Positions 1 through 10,725 are shown, numbered from the stretch's first letter. The stretch is 41,693 nt of DNA from an uncultured Nitrososphaeraceae archaeon (GCA_963765895.1 CAVXZB010000010.1:1-41693), one strand, 5' to 3'. The notes: a model not told the origin generated them from the sequence alone. Numbers and translations are program-made.

Positions 1-1649
1 CCGAAGCAAAAAACTCTTTATATATGCAAATTATGATTTGGATCCAGGCTTACAGCTTGTTAGAGGAGATGTGTCCTCACGATCATTTCAAATAACTGAT
101 TTGGTTGCTTCTCCTTGCACATCAGATTCGTTATCGTCATCAGTAATCACATCTAACCTAGATAGCGCTAAAAGTAGCAGAAATAGTAGCAGTTACGATA
201 ATTTGTACATTAGCAGTGCCAATGCTGATAACAGGAAACATCATCAACAAAGTCATACACTACAAAATCTTTTGATACGAAAGGCAAAATAAAAAGTCGA
301 TATCAAAATCATTGTATGGGAACCCAAATGGATAATCAGAAGATTGCCTGGGGCAAAAAGGCGAGGTTTGGAAGAAAGACGGAAAAAGGTTGATGTCATA
401 AGAGAAGCTGCAAAGCATTTTGGGATCGAAGATTACTTAACAATAAGTCTTGATAGCAAAGCACCTACTCTTACTTCGGGCTTTCACGAAAAAAGATCAT
501 AATAGACAATCAAACCGCATTTTGCGGGGGACAAGATCTATCACAAGGTAAGTGGGACACAAGTGATCATGATTTTGATAATATATTACGAGACAAGAGT
601 GGAGAACCCTGGCATGACATTCAGGTAATGGTCAAAGGTCCTATACTATGGGATCTGATTTACAATTTTAATCAAAAATGGGTCTATTCTATTTGGAAGA
701 TATTAAGCAAGTAAAAAAAAATTGTCAAACCCAGTTCAATAGGTGCTTATCTGTCATCCGCGTCTTCTATTCCCTCTTTATTTGCAGCATTGTCATCTAG
801 AGACAGAGGAGACACTGAGATCACTGCCCTACGGACATGGAAACAGCTAAATGAAAAAAGAAGTAAGAATAGCAATAATAGTGGTTATGATCTTGACTAT
901 ATCGTTCGAGACAATACCAGTATACGCGCATGTATGAAAGTATGTTCAGAAAAGCGAAAGATAGCTTATACATAGAAGATCAGTTCATTTTTCAGGATAG
1001 AGCAATAACCCAGGTTCTTGTTAATCAGCTCAGAAAAGAAAGAAATCTAAAGGTCATTACACTTGGTCCTATGGAGCCAAATTTACCAGGATTTGTTTTA
1101 AGTGTTATTTCAAAAGAAAGTATTAACGATATCAATAATAATTTAGCAGCTTTACGAAAAGCAGGAAAGAACAGGGTTAGGACATATTCCTTGATATCTC
1201 AGCATAATATATTCAAAGAGAGAAGAAGACAGATCTATATTCATTCAAAGCTCATGATAGTTGACGACAAATGGATTACAGTTGGATCTGCAAATACAGA
1301 CAGAGATGGATTCGAAGCCTCGACAGAATTTGATTTGGATATTGTTTCTGCAACTCTTTCGCCGCACCTTAGAGTAAAGCTGTGGCGTGAGCACCTGAAG
1401 ACTGATAGTACGAATTCTTTTTCCTCTTATCTACCTTCTTCTACATACAATAACAATAATACTCCCATTAACTTGTACAACTTTGAAGAAGGTTTCAATG
1501 CTTGGGAGGAATTAGCCGAAGAAAATGGAAAGAGAGTCCGAGCACGTGAATCTATACATGGCCATGTTTATTCTTATAATTTTGAAGAAATGGATTGTCC
1601 TCCGCCATATCCACAAGCAAAAGGCGGTAATAAATTTAGGTTTTTCTAG
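1..1649 (+). pseudogene. Phospholipase D family protein (two HKD motifs, PLD1/2-like), fragmented and truncated by the window edge; intact C-terminal ORF 930..1649
   Basis: C-terminal ORF has YIEDQF and IYIHSKLMIVDDKWITVGSAN (HKD2). Upstream, across a TAA at 290-292 and frameshifts, I read VDIKIIVWEP, FHEK-(1-bp deletion ~495)-IIIDNQTAFCGGQDL (HKD1), KWDTSDH and EPWHDIQVMVKGP. Confidence 0.85.
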
Positions 1650-1801
1650 GATATAGGAAAAAATATCTAAACCATAACTTACCATAAGGATCGGGGCAGA
1701 AGATAGGACACTTACTTACGAAGACCTGTCGAATCGGCTCAAAGTATTGAATTTTAGGTTTTGTATATGAAATCAATATAAGTTATTGTAGCTCATATGA
1801 G

Positions 1802-2617
1802 TTGACAGATATGAATAAGGAAATAATTGCAATGGTTACTATACCTATAATGATCATATTGATTGTTATTGGATCGTTTGTATTTATAGCAAATGGTCAA
1901 TCTCAAATAACTAATGCTGCTGTGAATGGTTCTGCTACAAAGAAACTGCTTCCAGTGCTTTTGATACATGGCTATGCTTCAGATAAATCATTATGGTCAA
2001 AATGGGAAGGTTTACTAAAAAAAGATGGTATTACATTTTATCCAATTACATTTTATAAATCAGATGATAAATGTGGCTCAGCTGCAGATCATGCGAAGGA
2101 GCTAAATTTACAGGTCCAACAAATTCTCAAGAATATGACGACCACTGAATCTTCTCCTAAACAAGTAAATATTGTTGGTCATAGCAAGGGAGGGCTAGAT
2201 GCAAGAGTATTTTTGGGAAATAACAGTTATTCTGCTAATAAAGCTGTTGCAAATCTAATAATGATTGGAACTCCTAACAGAGGTTCACCTATTGCACAAT
2301 CAAGCAATATTTGTAAACCAGCTGTCGAAGACTTGAAACCTGGAGCAGCAGATACCAAAGTCAGGATGAATCCAAAAACAAAATACTATACTATTGCTGG
2401 TGACTGGAATCCTTCCCTGTTGCTGAATTGCCCACAGCTTTTGGGAGGAATTGGATATTCTCAGCTTCCAAAACCTAATGATGGATTGGTACCTTTGTCA
2501 AGTGTAGAGTCACAAGGATATTTCCATAATCTTGGACATACATCTAATTGCCATTCGAACCTCTTAAGCGATAAAGAATATCAGCTGACAAAGCCAATAC
2601 TAGTTGGAAAGCAGTAG
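1802..2617 (+). CDS. Secreted or membrane-anchored alpha/beta-hydrolase (lipase/esterase, PGAP1/lipase-2-like)
   Basis: N-terminal hydrophobic helix, PVLLIHG oxyanion motif, nucleophile elbow GHSKGG, IGTPNRGS, NDGLVP and a C-terminal His. Confidence 0.88.
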   Translation: MTDMNKEIIAMVTIPIMIILIVIGSFVFIANGQSQITNAAVNGSATKKLLPVLLIHGYASDKSLWSKWEGLLKKDGITFYPITFYKSDDKCGSAADHAKELNLQVQQILKNMTTTESSPKQVNIVGHSKGGLDARVFLGNNSYSANKAVANLIMIGTPNRGSPIAQSSNICKPAVEDLKPGAADTKVRMNPKTKYYTIAGDWNPSLLLNCPQLLGGIGYSQLPKPNDGLVPLSSVESQGYFHNLGHTSNCHSNLLSDKEYQLTKPILVGKQ

Positions 2618-2963
2618 AGGAAATAAAATCTAGAATGATAAAGCAGATAAAATATTTATTTTTCTGATGATATGAGCAATGCAATAAGATGTTGTATTTT
2701 GTGATACCAAAACAGATTGCCGATCTTCAAACATTTCGATAACCTCCTTAAAGTAGCCTTGTCTCTGTTATTTTTCAGTCGGTGAAAGGAGGAATACTTT
2801 CATATTTTCTTATGATTATTACGTAGATTGATGTCATTACTGTTTTACGTCAGTCACTTTCTGGTTTCCTATTATAGTAATAGCCATCCTGCAATTATTA
2901 TATCCACTATTATAACTAAAAAATAAAGGAGTGCCGTAGATTCTGACATATACACATACTCCG

Positions 2964-3269
2964 TTACTTCCTGATCTCCCTGAATATATATGCAGTATTA
3001 TCTACACCTGAACCGGTTCGATTGTATTCAAGCTCGGTGTTTTGTGATTTCTCCAATGCTGTGTATAACACCTTTGCGTATTGTCTAGCAAATCCTATCT
3101 TTTTGATATGTCGGTTATAGGGTAATATCGGATGACTCAATCTGATTTTATTTGAGACGAACACTTGACAATAATACCTTAGCCATATGGAATTATCTAG
3201 ATTGAGGGGATAAAATGGTCCTTGCCAGGTTGAGTAACCACACACAGAGCAGCCAATGTTGTAGTGCAA
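2964..3269 (-). CDS. Hypothetical protein with CxxC; start uncertain (an upstream ATG at ~3296 is followed by an in-frame TAG)
   Basis: ORF with GCSVCG. No family recognised. Confidence 0.3.
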   Translation of the reverse strand: MHYNIGCSVCGYSTWQGPFYPLNLDNSIWLRYYCQVFVSNKIRLSHPILPYNRHIKKIGFARQYAKVLYTALEKSQNTELEYNRTGSGVDNTAYIFREIRK

Positions 3270-3399
3270 GTATTTATTGAAAGACTATGACTGCATGGTT
3301 TTAAACATATTCTGATACTTAATTGGTAACGCCTGTATATCTTGCCATCTTGGCCAAGTCAATACTCTACCATGTAAGTTGGTATTCTCAAACAACTAA

Positions 3400-3648
3400 C
3401 TAATGAATAATCCTTTTTCCTTCAATTACTATCATTGTTTGTGTAGATTTCACCTTCGTAATCCTTCTTATATTTCTGATTATAGTTTCAAGCAGATACT
3501 GAGAATTATCTGTTACTTTGACAATAATATCGTACGAGCAACCATATACTCCGCAAACATCTTCCACACCACGTATTGTTCTGATCTCGTCCATAATAGC
3601 TAACTCGCACCCTAATTCACAACCAATTAAGACATATGAAGTTGACAT
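3400..3648 (-). CDS. Lrp/AsnC ligand-binding (RAM) domain protein, stand-alone
   Basis: SYVLIGCELG...GVYG.YDIIVKV...IRRITKVKSTQTMIV matches the stand-alone AsnC domain that is common in Thaumarchaeota. Confidence 0.88.
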   Translation of the reverse strand: MSTSYVLIGCELGCELAIMDEIRTIRGVEDVCGVYGCSYDIIVKVTDNSQYLLETIIRNIRRITKVKSTQTMIVIEGKRIIH

Positions 3649-3800
3649 GATAAATGCTCATAATATTATACTGAATAATATACATAGATGTTATGGTCAA
3701 CCTACTCACTCAATCACAGTCCGTATTATTATATTAGTTATCTTTATTATAATTCTTATTCACATATTTGATAAAGAATATCGTTAGCTAGATTTGATTG

Positions 3801-3965
3801 CATGCTGGCCCAGTCTATAAATCTAGCGAGCCCCAAATTCACCTTTTCTCTTACCTCATCCTAAAATCCATGTCCCGCATTATTAACCCGTACAAGTTGA
3901 GATCCCTTGATACCTTCGTGCATGGCCTTTGCCAAATCGAATAAACAAACACGATCATTAACAGC
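3801..3965 (-). pseudogene. C-terminal relic of an alpha/beta-hydrolase (non-heme chloroperoxidase-like)
   Basis: Manual translation AVNDRVCLFDLAKAMHEGIKGSQLVRVNNAGHGF*DEVREKVNLGLARFI covers the catalytic Asp/His region and has an in-frame stop. No N-terminus found. Confidence 0.6.
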
Positions 3966-4111
3966 ACTTCATTGAGTAATTACAGCTTTATCAAATTCAG
4001 AATTCAATGTTATAAATATTCCAATATCCCACCGTGTAATAGCTGAAAAATCTTATGTGCATATAAACCATCTCATTTAGATTTCCTCAAAATAGATCAA
4101 GGATTATATTT

Positions 4112-4570
4112 TTAATTTTCCCATGGAAATACAACCCATTTATCGTGATTCAAAACTTTCGCGACCGTCTTAGCATTGCTATTTTTGTATCTACTTATAA
4201 GAAAGACAAAGTCGCAACTAAACTCGATCAATGCATCAGATACTTTGAAAAATGTATTACCAGTATCGTATATCTCATCAACCACAAGATATTTTTTATC
4301 TTTACTTAATGGATATACTTCTTTCATAAATAATTGTTTGTTTCTAATTAATATAAACCTTATATCATTAATATTCAGCTCTCGTGCAATCAATCTAGCT
4401 GGAATAATCCCGCCATTCGTAATCGCTAGGATAACATCATATTTTTTAGATGATCTTTTTATTTTACTAGCTAGGTTCTCTACGAGTGTCTCTACTTCCT
4501 GCCAATTACAATATACTTTTGGTGACCTTTCGTTTATTACCTCGGTTTTGTATTCAACACTGCGCCCCAA
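4112..4570 (-). CDS. Type I phosphoribosyltransferase (purine salvage, XGPRT/HPRT-like)
   Basis: ILAITNGGIIPA, PRPP-binding loop LVVDEIYDTGNT and C-terminal WVVFPWE. Confidence 0.88.
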   Translation of the reverse strand: MGRSVEYKTEVINERSPKVYCNWQEVETLVENLASKIKRSSKKYDVILAITNGGIIPARLIARELNINDIRFILIRNKQLFMKEVYPLSKDKKYLVVDEIYDTGNTFFKVSDALIEFSCDFVFLISRYKNSNAKTVAKVLNHDKWVVFPWEN

Positions 4571-4915
4571 TGTGACTTTAGGAAAGGAATGACACTTATT
4601 AATGATCCTATACTTGCAGGCATTGAATGACGCTGCAGTAAAATTGCATGATGTTAGATTATTTTCACTTTCTTAATTTGACAATCTAGGTAATCAAGCA
4701 TTCCAACGCTTATAGTGTTCATTCGTCCATATTCGTCTTCTAAAATCATTCCATGGGGTGCAGCTAGCACCTTATCATTGGTTGGTTGCTAGTCATTTAA
4801 AATATACTCAAACCTCTATCGTTATTAGGTGAAACAGCCAATCTCTATATGTATGGAGGAGGTCATCACTGTAGCTGTTTAAACTACAAAACTGGAATAT
4901 ATCAATTAATTCATT

Positions 4916-5149
4916 TCAACCTAAATGATGCGTCTTAATCTTTTGAATAGCTTTGTATCCAAGTATCTTAACCTTCTCGTGTTCGCCTGAGTCTATCACT
5001 TCTGTTATATTGACATTGCTTTATTTCCATATTGTGCAAGCGCATTAATTGCTTCAACCTGTTCGATCGAACTGACTGAATGGATTGCAGTTTCCTTTAT
5101 TCTGTTAGTCTGATCTCCTTCAGACAATTTTCTGACCTCTTCTGTAACC
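4916..5149 (-). pseudogene. Small helical (HEAT-like) hypothetical protein, frameshifted
   Basis: Reads ...IKETAIHSVSSIEQVEAINALAQYGNKAM / ITEVIDSGEHEKVKILGYKAIQKIK across one frameshift near 5015. Confidence 0.3.
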
Positions 5150-5346
5150 TTCTATAATTATGATGACTATCCCACTATTTAGTATTTTATATTTCTGGCT
5201 GACATCGTGAAATTTTACCTAACGGATCATAGCTAGAGGGATACCGGAGTGATGTTAAACAAGGCATAAATCTTGGCTCATCAGGGCTATAGCACAAAGT
5301 CAGAACGGTAAATTTGTAAAGCACATTCTGATCACCAAATTGACTC

Positions 5347-6498
5347 CTAAAAGGCACGATATATGGTAATGACAACCATTATCATTTTCATTACCATACC
5401 GTTCATTGTATTATTCTTACTATTGGCATTATAACTCTTATCAATACCTTGCTCACTATTTGTACTATTTTTAGTTATCAAATTGTGAGATGTCGATATA
5501 TCGTGTGTTTGTGATGAGGGCATATCCATTGACATTCTATTGCCACTAACATTATTCGTAGCATTAAATGGTAACGATATTATCCCAGCCCAGGATAATA
5601 TGCCGATTGTTATGAAACATACACCAGTAATTCTGGCAATCCAAAGCCCACCTTTGGACCATATCTTCTCAGCAAATATGATCGCAGCAAATAGTCCCAT
5701 CCAGAGCAAATTCATCCATCCTAATGCTACCATAAGTAGGAAATATGGCCAACAACAGCCAAGACAATAAAGACCATGATATGCACCCATTTTCACAGCC
5801 CCTACCATACCCTTTCTCCATCTTCTCATAAAGAAACTAAGCGGAGATTCACAGTAGCCCAGGCATCTGGTTTTCAATGGACTAAACTGATATACTCCTG
5901 ATATAACAAGTACAATCGCGTATATAGTATTGATTGATAGTTGTTGTTGTTGTTGTTGTTGTTGTCTCATCTGAAGACTATCATTTATCCCTAATTGCAA
6001 AAGCAGCGTATCAAATAAGAAAGACCATCCAACCAGTAGAATAATTCCAGTTAATGCCCAAATCGCAAGATATGATGATACAAAGGCCATAATATTATAT
6101 GACCTTGTCTGAATTGTGTGTCTTAAACTGCGAATAGTGCTCTTATCTCTTGCTTCTTTCATTGGATTCAGAATTTCATTATTGGCATTCTCATTATCAT
6201 CATCATTGCTCTTGTGATATATCATTTGGCTATTATGGTTACTATTACCAGAATTATGACTAGTGTTATTAGAACCAGTTAGCCGATTGTAAACAAGAAT
6301 CATTGGTATTATGGCTGGGAACATCATTGCAGCCATACCAGCAGTCCATATTACTACAAATAATGATAATGCTCGCTAGATCGGTATGGAACATCATCAT
6401 CGATGACATCATTGCATTGTATTGCCACATCGATACAAGCCATGTGGCCGCAGATATTGATATTGCAGTTGCAATGATATGATGGTCGCAGTTTTCAT
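5347..6498 (-). pseudogene. DUF2182 predicted metal-binding integral membrane protein; main ORF 5347..6336, N-terminus disrupted
   Basis: WTAGMAAMMFPA, YQFSPLKTRCLGYCESP, YHGLYCLGCCWPYFLLMVALGWMNLLWM and FAEK. The N-terminal TM/Met-rich part at 6340-6498 lies in shifted frames. Confidence 0.88.
5941..5964. repeat. (TTG)8 microsatellite encoding poly-Gln in DUF2182
   Basis: Direct read; Q8 in the minus-strand ORF. Confidence 0.9.
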
Positions 6499-6552
6499 AT
6501 TAGTTAATCTTGGTCTGATGTTATGTAATCGGGCCTAGATATTGAACAGCCT

Positions 6553-7247
6553 TTATCGACCATTCCAATCAAATGGGATATGCTTGCTTGACTTTCCTTT
6601 TCTTTTCCATTTGAAGCCCATTTGCATCCGGCCTCGTCAGCAAGTGATCTTCCCCAAGTCGCGACTTCCCCTTGCCCTACTTCACTCCCAGATGGGTTAA
6701 TTGTTTGCTCTCTTTTACCAGGAGGTGTCGTACGTCCAGTTAACGCCTCGGCTTTTGCTAGAATCTTACCTGGTATCTGTACACCCCAATAAGATAGATC
6801 ATCTGCTATCTCAAACTTGATAGGTGCATATTCTATTCCACGAATTTCACCTATGATCTTTGCAAATTCAGCCATGAAGCCACCAGCTTTTCCACTGAAA
6901 ATCATGTTTAGAGCTTCTCGTTGTTGAGCACTTGCTTTCTCATCAAAAAAGAGAGCCAAGTTTACTTTCGTTGTTCCATCGCCTGACCAAATATTACCTT
7001 TGAAGCTACCAAGAGCTAATATATTCAAACCGTCTAGGACCGTTTGACCATAACTACCTTTTTTGATATTATATGCTAAGACACCATCGCACTCTTCATA
7101 GGTTGGAGTTTGGGCAAATTCACAAGGGCATGGTATATTACACTTACAAACATCAAACCAATCTTCTGAGACTCTCCAGTTAGGAATTTTCTCTTGAGTT
7201 GGGGCAGTAGTTGCTGTCGCTGTCGCTGTCGCTGTCGCTGCTGCCAT
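6553..7247 (-). CDS. DUF1326 domain protein (partner of DUF2182); frameshift near 6625 (track ORF runs on to 6504)
   Basis: DWFDVCKCNIPCPC...PT...CDG, DEKAS.QQREAL..IFSG.AGG. The family-like C-terminus MGFKWKRKGKSSKHIPFDWNGR* lies in another frame and ends at 6553. Confidence 0.88.
7213..7236. repeat. (GCTGTC)4 repeat encoding an Ala-Thr run at the DUF1326 N-terminus
   Basis: Direct read. Confidence 0.85.
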
Positions 7248-7307
7248 ATCACTAATCAGTAGATGCGATGATATTTTAGCATTCCCTCTTTGTTCTGGTT
7301 GTTCGCG

Positions 7308-7328
7308 AGCAAACGCTTAGCGTTTGCT
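7308..7328. promoter_or_regulatory. Perfect palindrome AGCAAACGCT-T-AGCGTTTGCT, candidate operator
   Basis: 10-bp perfect arms with a 1-nt spacer, about 60 bp upstream of the DUF1326 start. Confidence 0.45.
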
Positions 7329-7468
7329 ATGTTATCGCAAAAATGGTGTGAAGGATCTTGGTCTAAAATTAATCAACAAGATTTACTTTATATGCTAGAC
7401 AAAGCCAGTAATATGAAGATAGTTTAGTTGCTTATACAGAGATCTACGGAAAGGCCTCAAGTTTCAAA

Positions 7469-7639
7469 ATGAATATTCTTAAAATAGCTTCTCTTGGAAT
7501 GCTTGCCTTTGTTACAGCCCTTAGTTTTGTATTAGCTTTATTGGGTAGTAGTCTAGGTATGATAATTGGACCCATTGCATTTATTATTCTAGTGATTATG
7601 TTGATACAAGAGAAGCGACGAAAGGATAAGGCTTGGTGA
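7469..7639 (+). CDS. 56-aa small membrane protein (2 TM plus basic tail), below the ORF-track cutoff
   Basis: MNILKIASLGMLAFVTALSFVLALLGSSLGMIIGPIAFIILVIMLIQEKRRKDKAW*; helical hairpin with a positive-inside tail. Confidence 0.55.
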   Translation: MNILKIASLGMLAFVTALSFVLALLGSSLGMIIGPIAFIILVIMLIQEKRRKDKAW

Positions 7640-7820
7640 TTCCCCGCAAAAACGAGCCAGCTAATCTCAATTCCTAATAACGATTAACTTTATTGATAGA
7701 CTATAGATAGGGCTCGTTTCAGAAGGAGGCATCGGTAATCTTTTGTTGGATTCATGTTCTATAGATAATATCATTTCTTGTTGAACACTATAATTTCATC
7801 TGATAATACATTCCAATCCA

Positions 7821-7871
7821 TCTATCCATACGTAATACCCTGTTTGTACTAGCAAAATTCGTATGGATAGA
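7821..7871. repeat. Inverted repeat/hairpin with 12-bp perfect arms
   Basis: TCTATCCATACG (7821-7832) and CGTATGGATAGA (7860-7871), with some further pairing inside the 27-nt spacer. Confidence 0.7.
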
Positions 7872-8538
7872 CATACTTGATTGTTTGCCTTAAGGTTTAC
7901 CCGAGTGGGGAGTTGCTTAATCTATTCTCGAAATATTTCTGACGTGAACTTACAAGACTTGATTACGAATTAATTTGTCTAAAGATGTGATCCAGGCTGC
8001 ACATATGACAGCGAATCTATAAACTACATTGGCTTAAAGGTCTGAACAATTCCTGTCAAAGACATATAAGATGTTAATGTGTTCCTATTTAATCTACAAT
8101 ATCTGCAAAGTCCATGTAATCGTAATATCGACGGTTCAATCACGCGGTCTTTATTTCATGGGTTTCAGGCTCGGCGAAACGGCCTGGTGCATAGATAAAT
8201 ATTTTTTCTACAATTAATGCTAGAGTCAAATAACAAGCGTTCGATTCTGTTTCGCTCCTTTCTAGAAAAAGAATTTTCCCATTACTACAACTTGTTGTAA
8301 TTACTCTTATAATAGATCGATACTTATACAGCATTTTAACCAATATCTTTTAATAATTCTTCTTAATTTTAGACCTTGGCAACATAGTCGCGATCCATTC
8401 CTCTTGCGAATGCCGATATGAATTTTGCGACTGGCTCTCTATTGGTCTTAATATGTCTGCCGATATAGAGGTTAGGGCATCAAAAGTGCAATTGGATCCT
8501 ACGTTACAAAATCAAAATTTTTTTTGCGTAGGACTCAT

Positions 8539-9201
8539 CTATTGGGCATTTTTTGTCAAGGCATGGAAAATATACTGTTTTGTGTTTACTGACCTAAGCC
8601 AAGATCCTTTATTGACTATAGGAATTTGATATACTTCAGTTACTGATGGTATATTTCTATATATTTCCTCATACTCATGTATGAAATTATGTGGTGCTCT
8701 CTTTCTTGGCTTCTCCTTTTCATACCAATCAATATTTACTACGTGGCGGTTTGACATACTGACAAGCTTGATCATGGCTTTTTCAATTTCCGATGGTAAT
8801 ATGTGCATGAGGACTTCTGAGGCTATAACCAAATCGTATTTTCTTTGGTTTTGAAAAGATTGTATATCTGAAACAATAAAATTAAGCGGATTGTCTTTTC
8901 TTGTCTCTATCACAGGTCTGGTGAATTCTTTAGCATTTTCTATTTGATCTGGAGACAGGTCTATAGCTAGATATTCGTGGATATTTGGAAAATTTGATAG
9001 CAGCAATCTGGTTATACGTCCGAACCCACAGCCTACCTCAAGTACAGTCGAAAAGGGTGTTAATGAACCAAGACTTTTTTTCAAATAATCAATTACTAGA
9101 CTTTCCTGTAGCTCAAAATTTTTGTTATATTGAAATTGTTCTTTGTACGTCTTTCCATGTTTATACCAATACTCATGGGGGTTGTATACATCAAATCCCA
9201 T
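8539..9201 (-). CDS. Class I SAM-dependent methyltransferase
   Basis: Motif I VLEVGCGFGR, AIDLS, and YDLVIASEVLMHI. Confidence 0.92.
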   Translation of the reverse strand: MGFDVYNPHEYWYKHGKTYKEQFQYNKNFELQESLVIDYLKKSLGSLTPFSTVLEVGCGFGRITRLLLSNFPNIHEYLAIDLSPDQIENAKEFTRPVIETRKDNPLNFIVSDIQSFQNQRKYDLVIASEVLMHILPSEIEKAMIKLVSMSNRHVVNIDWYEKEKPRKRAPHNFIHEYEEIYRNIPSVTEVYQIPIVNKGSWLRSVNTKQYIFHALTKNAQ

Positions 9202-9938
9202 TGATATATTTAGAATCTTACACTAATTAAGAGTTCATCTGCACTCATTATAAGATGTGGTAATATATGATCAGCTAAACCTTCTTGCTTAGTAATATAT
9301 TTCAGAATTCTCAACACAGTTACTGGTAGACATTTTGACTTGGCACAAATTCGATTTATAGTAACAAAAATTGTAGTTTGCCTCTATTTCTGAAAAACAT
9401 CTATCATCACATAGCGGCATTTCCTTATTAATGAGATTTTGAAGGTAGTAGCTAACTGAATAAATCCAATATTATAGAAATGTTACTGAATACTCAGGAT
9501 AAGACCTAGATCGCCGTAAAAAAATTAGGTTATGGATCTGACTTCTAGTATATCGCTATTTCCATGGTTGAACAGTCGTGTAACGGGGGAACCTGGAGGA
9601 CACGCTACTCACCAAACAGCCATAGAATACATTAGCTCTCTAGCCTTCTCTATACAAGGCATATTAAAAGTTATCATTATTTACTTAAATATCTCTTACC
9701 TATTAGTTGCTAACTGCTAACGTCAGTAAATAAGTTCTGCTAAAAAGGAATGCAGGAAGAAAAAAAGGAAGAAAAATTCGCCAATCTGTATAACCCAAGA
9801 CAGATGTAAGACGTTTTATTTAAACTAGAAACAATAAAGGATTCTAGCATAGATCATCTACGAAGACATTATGTGTAAGATGATCATACATTTTAGAATT
9901 AAAACGTTATTTGCTCAATTGATAAGATAAGGGACTAT

Positions 9939-10181
9939 TTAATTAGCCATTTGATGATTTGTCATTATCCTTCGTACATTTTCTTCAATTTTATACAATG
10001 CTGTGTCTATATAGTCATTGGTAATTAATGGAGGTATATTAATGCAACATGATTTAGGAAGTATTGAATTTATTTTGTTCAGAATACGAATCTTCTTATC
10101 AACATTCTCTTCCATATAGCAATCTTCAACCAGCTTTGTAATTATGCCATAAGGTTGCATTACTGAGTTACCTGTAGTCAT
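9939..10181 (-). CDS. Hypothetical protein
   Basis: Clean ATG ORF with protein-like composition, 23 bp downstream of the co-oriented ORF 10205..10417. Confidence 0.6.
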   Translation of the reverse strand: MTTGNSVMQPYGIITKLVEDCYMEENVDKKIRILNKINSILPKSCCINIPPLITNDYIDTALYKIEENVRRIMTNHQMAN

Positions 10182-10204
10182 TTTTATTATCTACTCCTGT
10201 TTAC

Positions 10205-10417
10205 CTAGTTGTAGACACTAGATATTCTGAAATTTTTACACATGTCGCATTTATCTATCATGAACTTACTAACCCGCCAAAATTCTCCAAGCTCGGAGTC
10301 ACCAGTCTTTCCAATCCATTCAAAAAGTACGCCGCACTGTTTGCATTGATGAAGATATGAAATAACCCCATCCTTCCTACTTTGGCTACTCTCAGAATTA
10401 GATAATCTCAGGTTCAT
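10205..10417 (-). CDS. Small putative Zn-binding protein
   Basis: Two CxxC pairs (CKQC...CDMC). Confidence 0.55.
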   Translation of the reverse strand: MNLRLSNSESSQSRKDGVISYLHQCKQCGVLFEWIGKTGDSELGEFWRVSKFMIDKCDMCKNFRISSVYN

Positions 10418-10530
10418 ACTTATGTGTATTCAATATGATATAAAACAATTGTATGCCTATGTATATCTATAGAGACATCTTATGTATATACTTATATGTA
10501 TCCACCGCCAAATATCTATCGAATTCTAAT

Positions 10531-10725
10531 ATGGCTTCGCAGACTAAAACAAAATTATATAAAGTTGGGTCCAAATCTCCAAAAACTGGAGTAAAAACTT
10601 ATAGGCATTCAATATTTCTGGAAAAGGCTTTTGTAGAGGATAGCCTATTCCCTTTTAAAGCTGGTGAAAATTTACTCGTCAAAATAGATAAAGATAAACT
10701 TGTTATCACAAGGCCGAAAGACTGA
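10531..10725 (+). CDS. AbrB/MazE/SpoVT-like swapped-hairpin DNA-binding protein (track ORF starts at 10453)
   Basis: RHSIFLEKAFVEDSLFPFKAGENLLVKIDKDKLVI has the AbrB pattern. The ATG at 10531 gives a typical 64-aa size. Confidence 0.7.
   Translation: MASQTKTKLYKVGSKSPKTGVKTYRHSIFLEKAFVEDSLFPFKAGENLLVKIDKDKLVITRPKD

Noticed and set aside
1-1649. PLD as an anti-phage nuclease (Zorya/DISARM DrmC-like)
   Set aside because: Two HKD motifs with lipid-PLD signature motifs, and no helicase, methylase or other defence genes adjacent within the window.
3285-3296. In-frame TAG codons (here and at ~3862, ~36390, ~39570) as pyrrolysine or readthrough
   Set aside because: They co-occur with TAA/TGA stops and frameshifts in decayed genes, intact genes here use TAG as a normal stop, and no pyl genes are present.
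9555-9620. GC-rich patch with a short CGTGT/ACACG stem (riboswitch or tRNA fragment?)
   Set aside because: No cloverleaf or recognisable riboswitch core, and the stem is too short to support a call.
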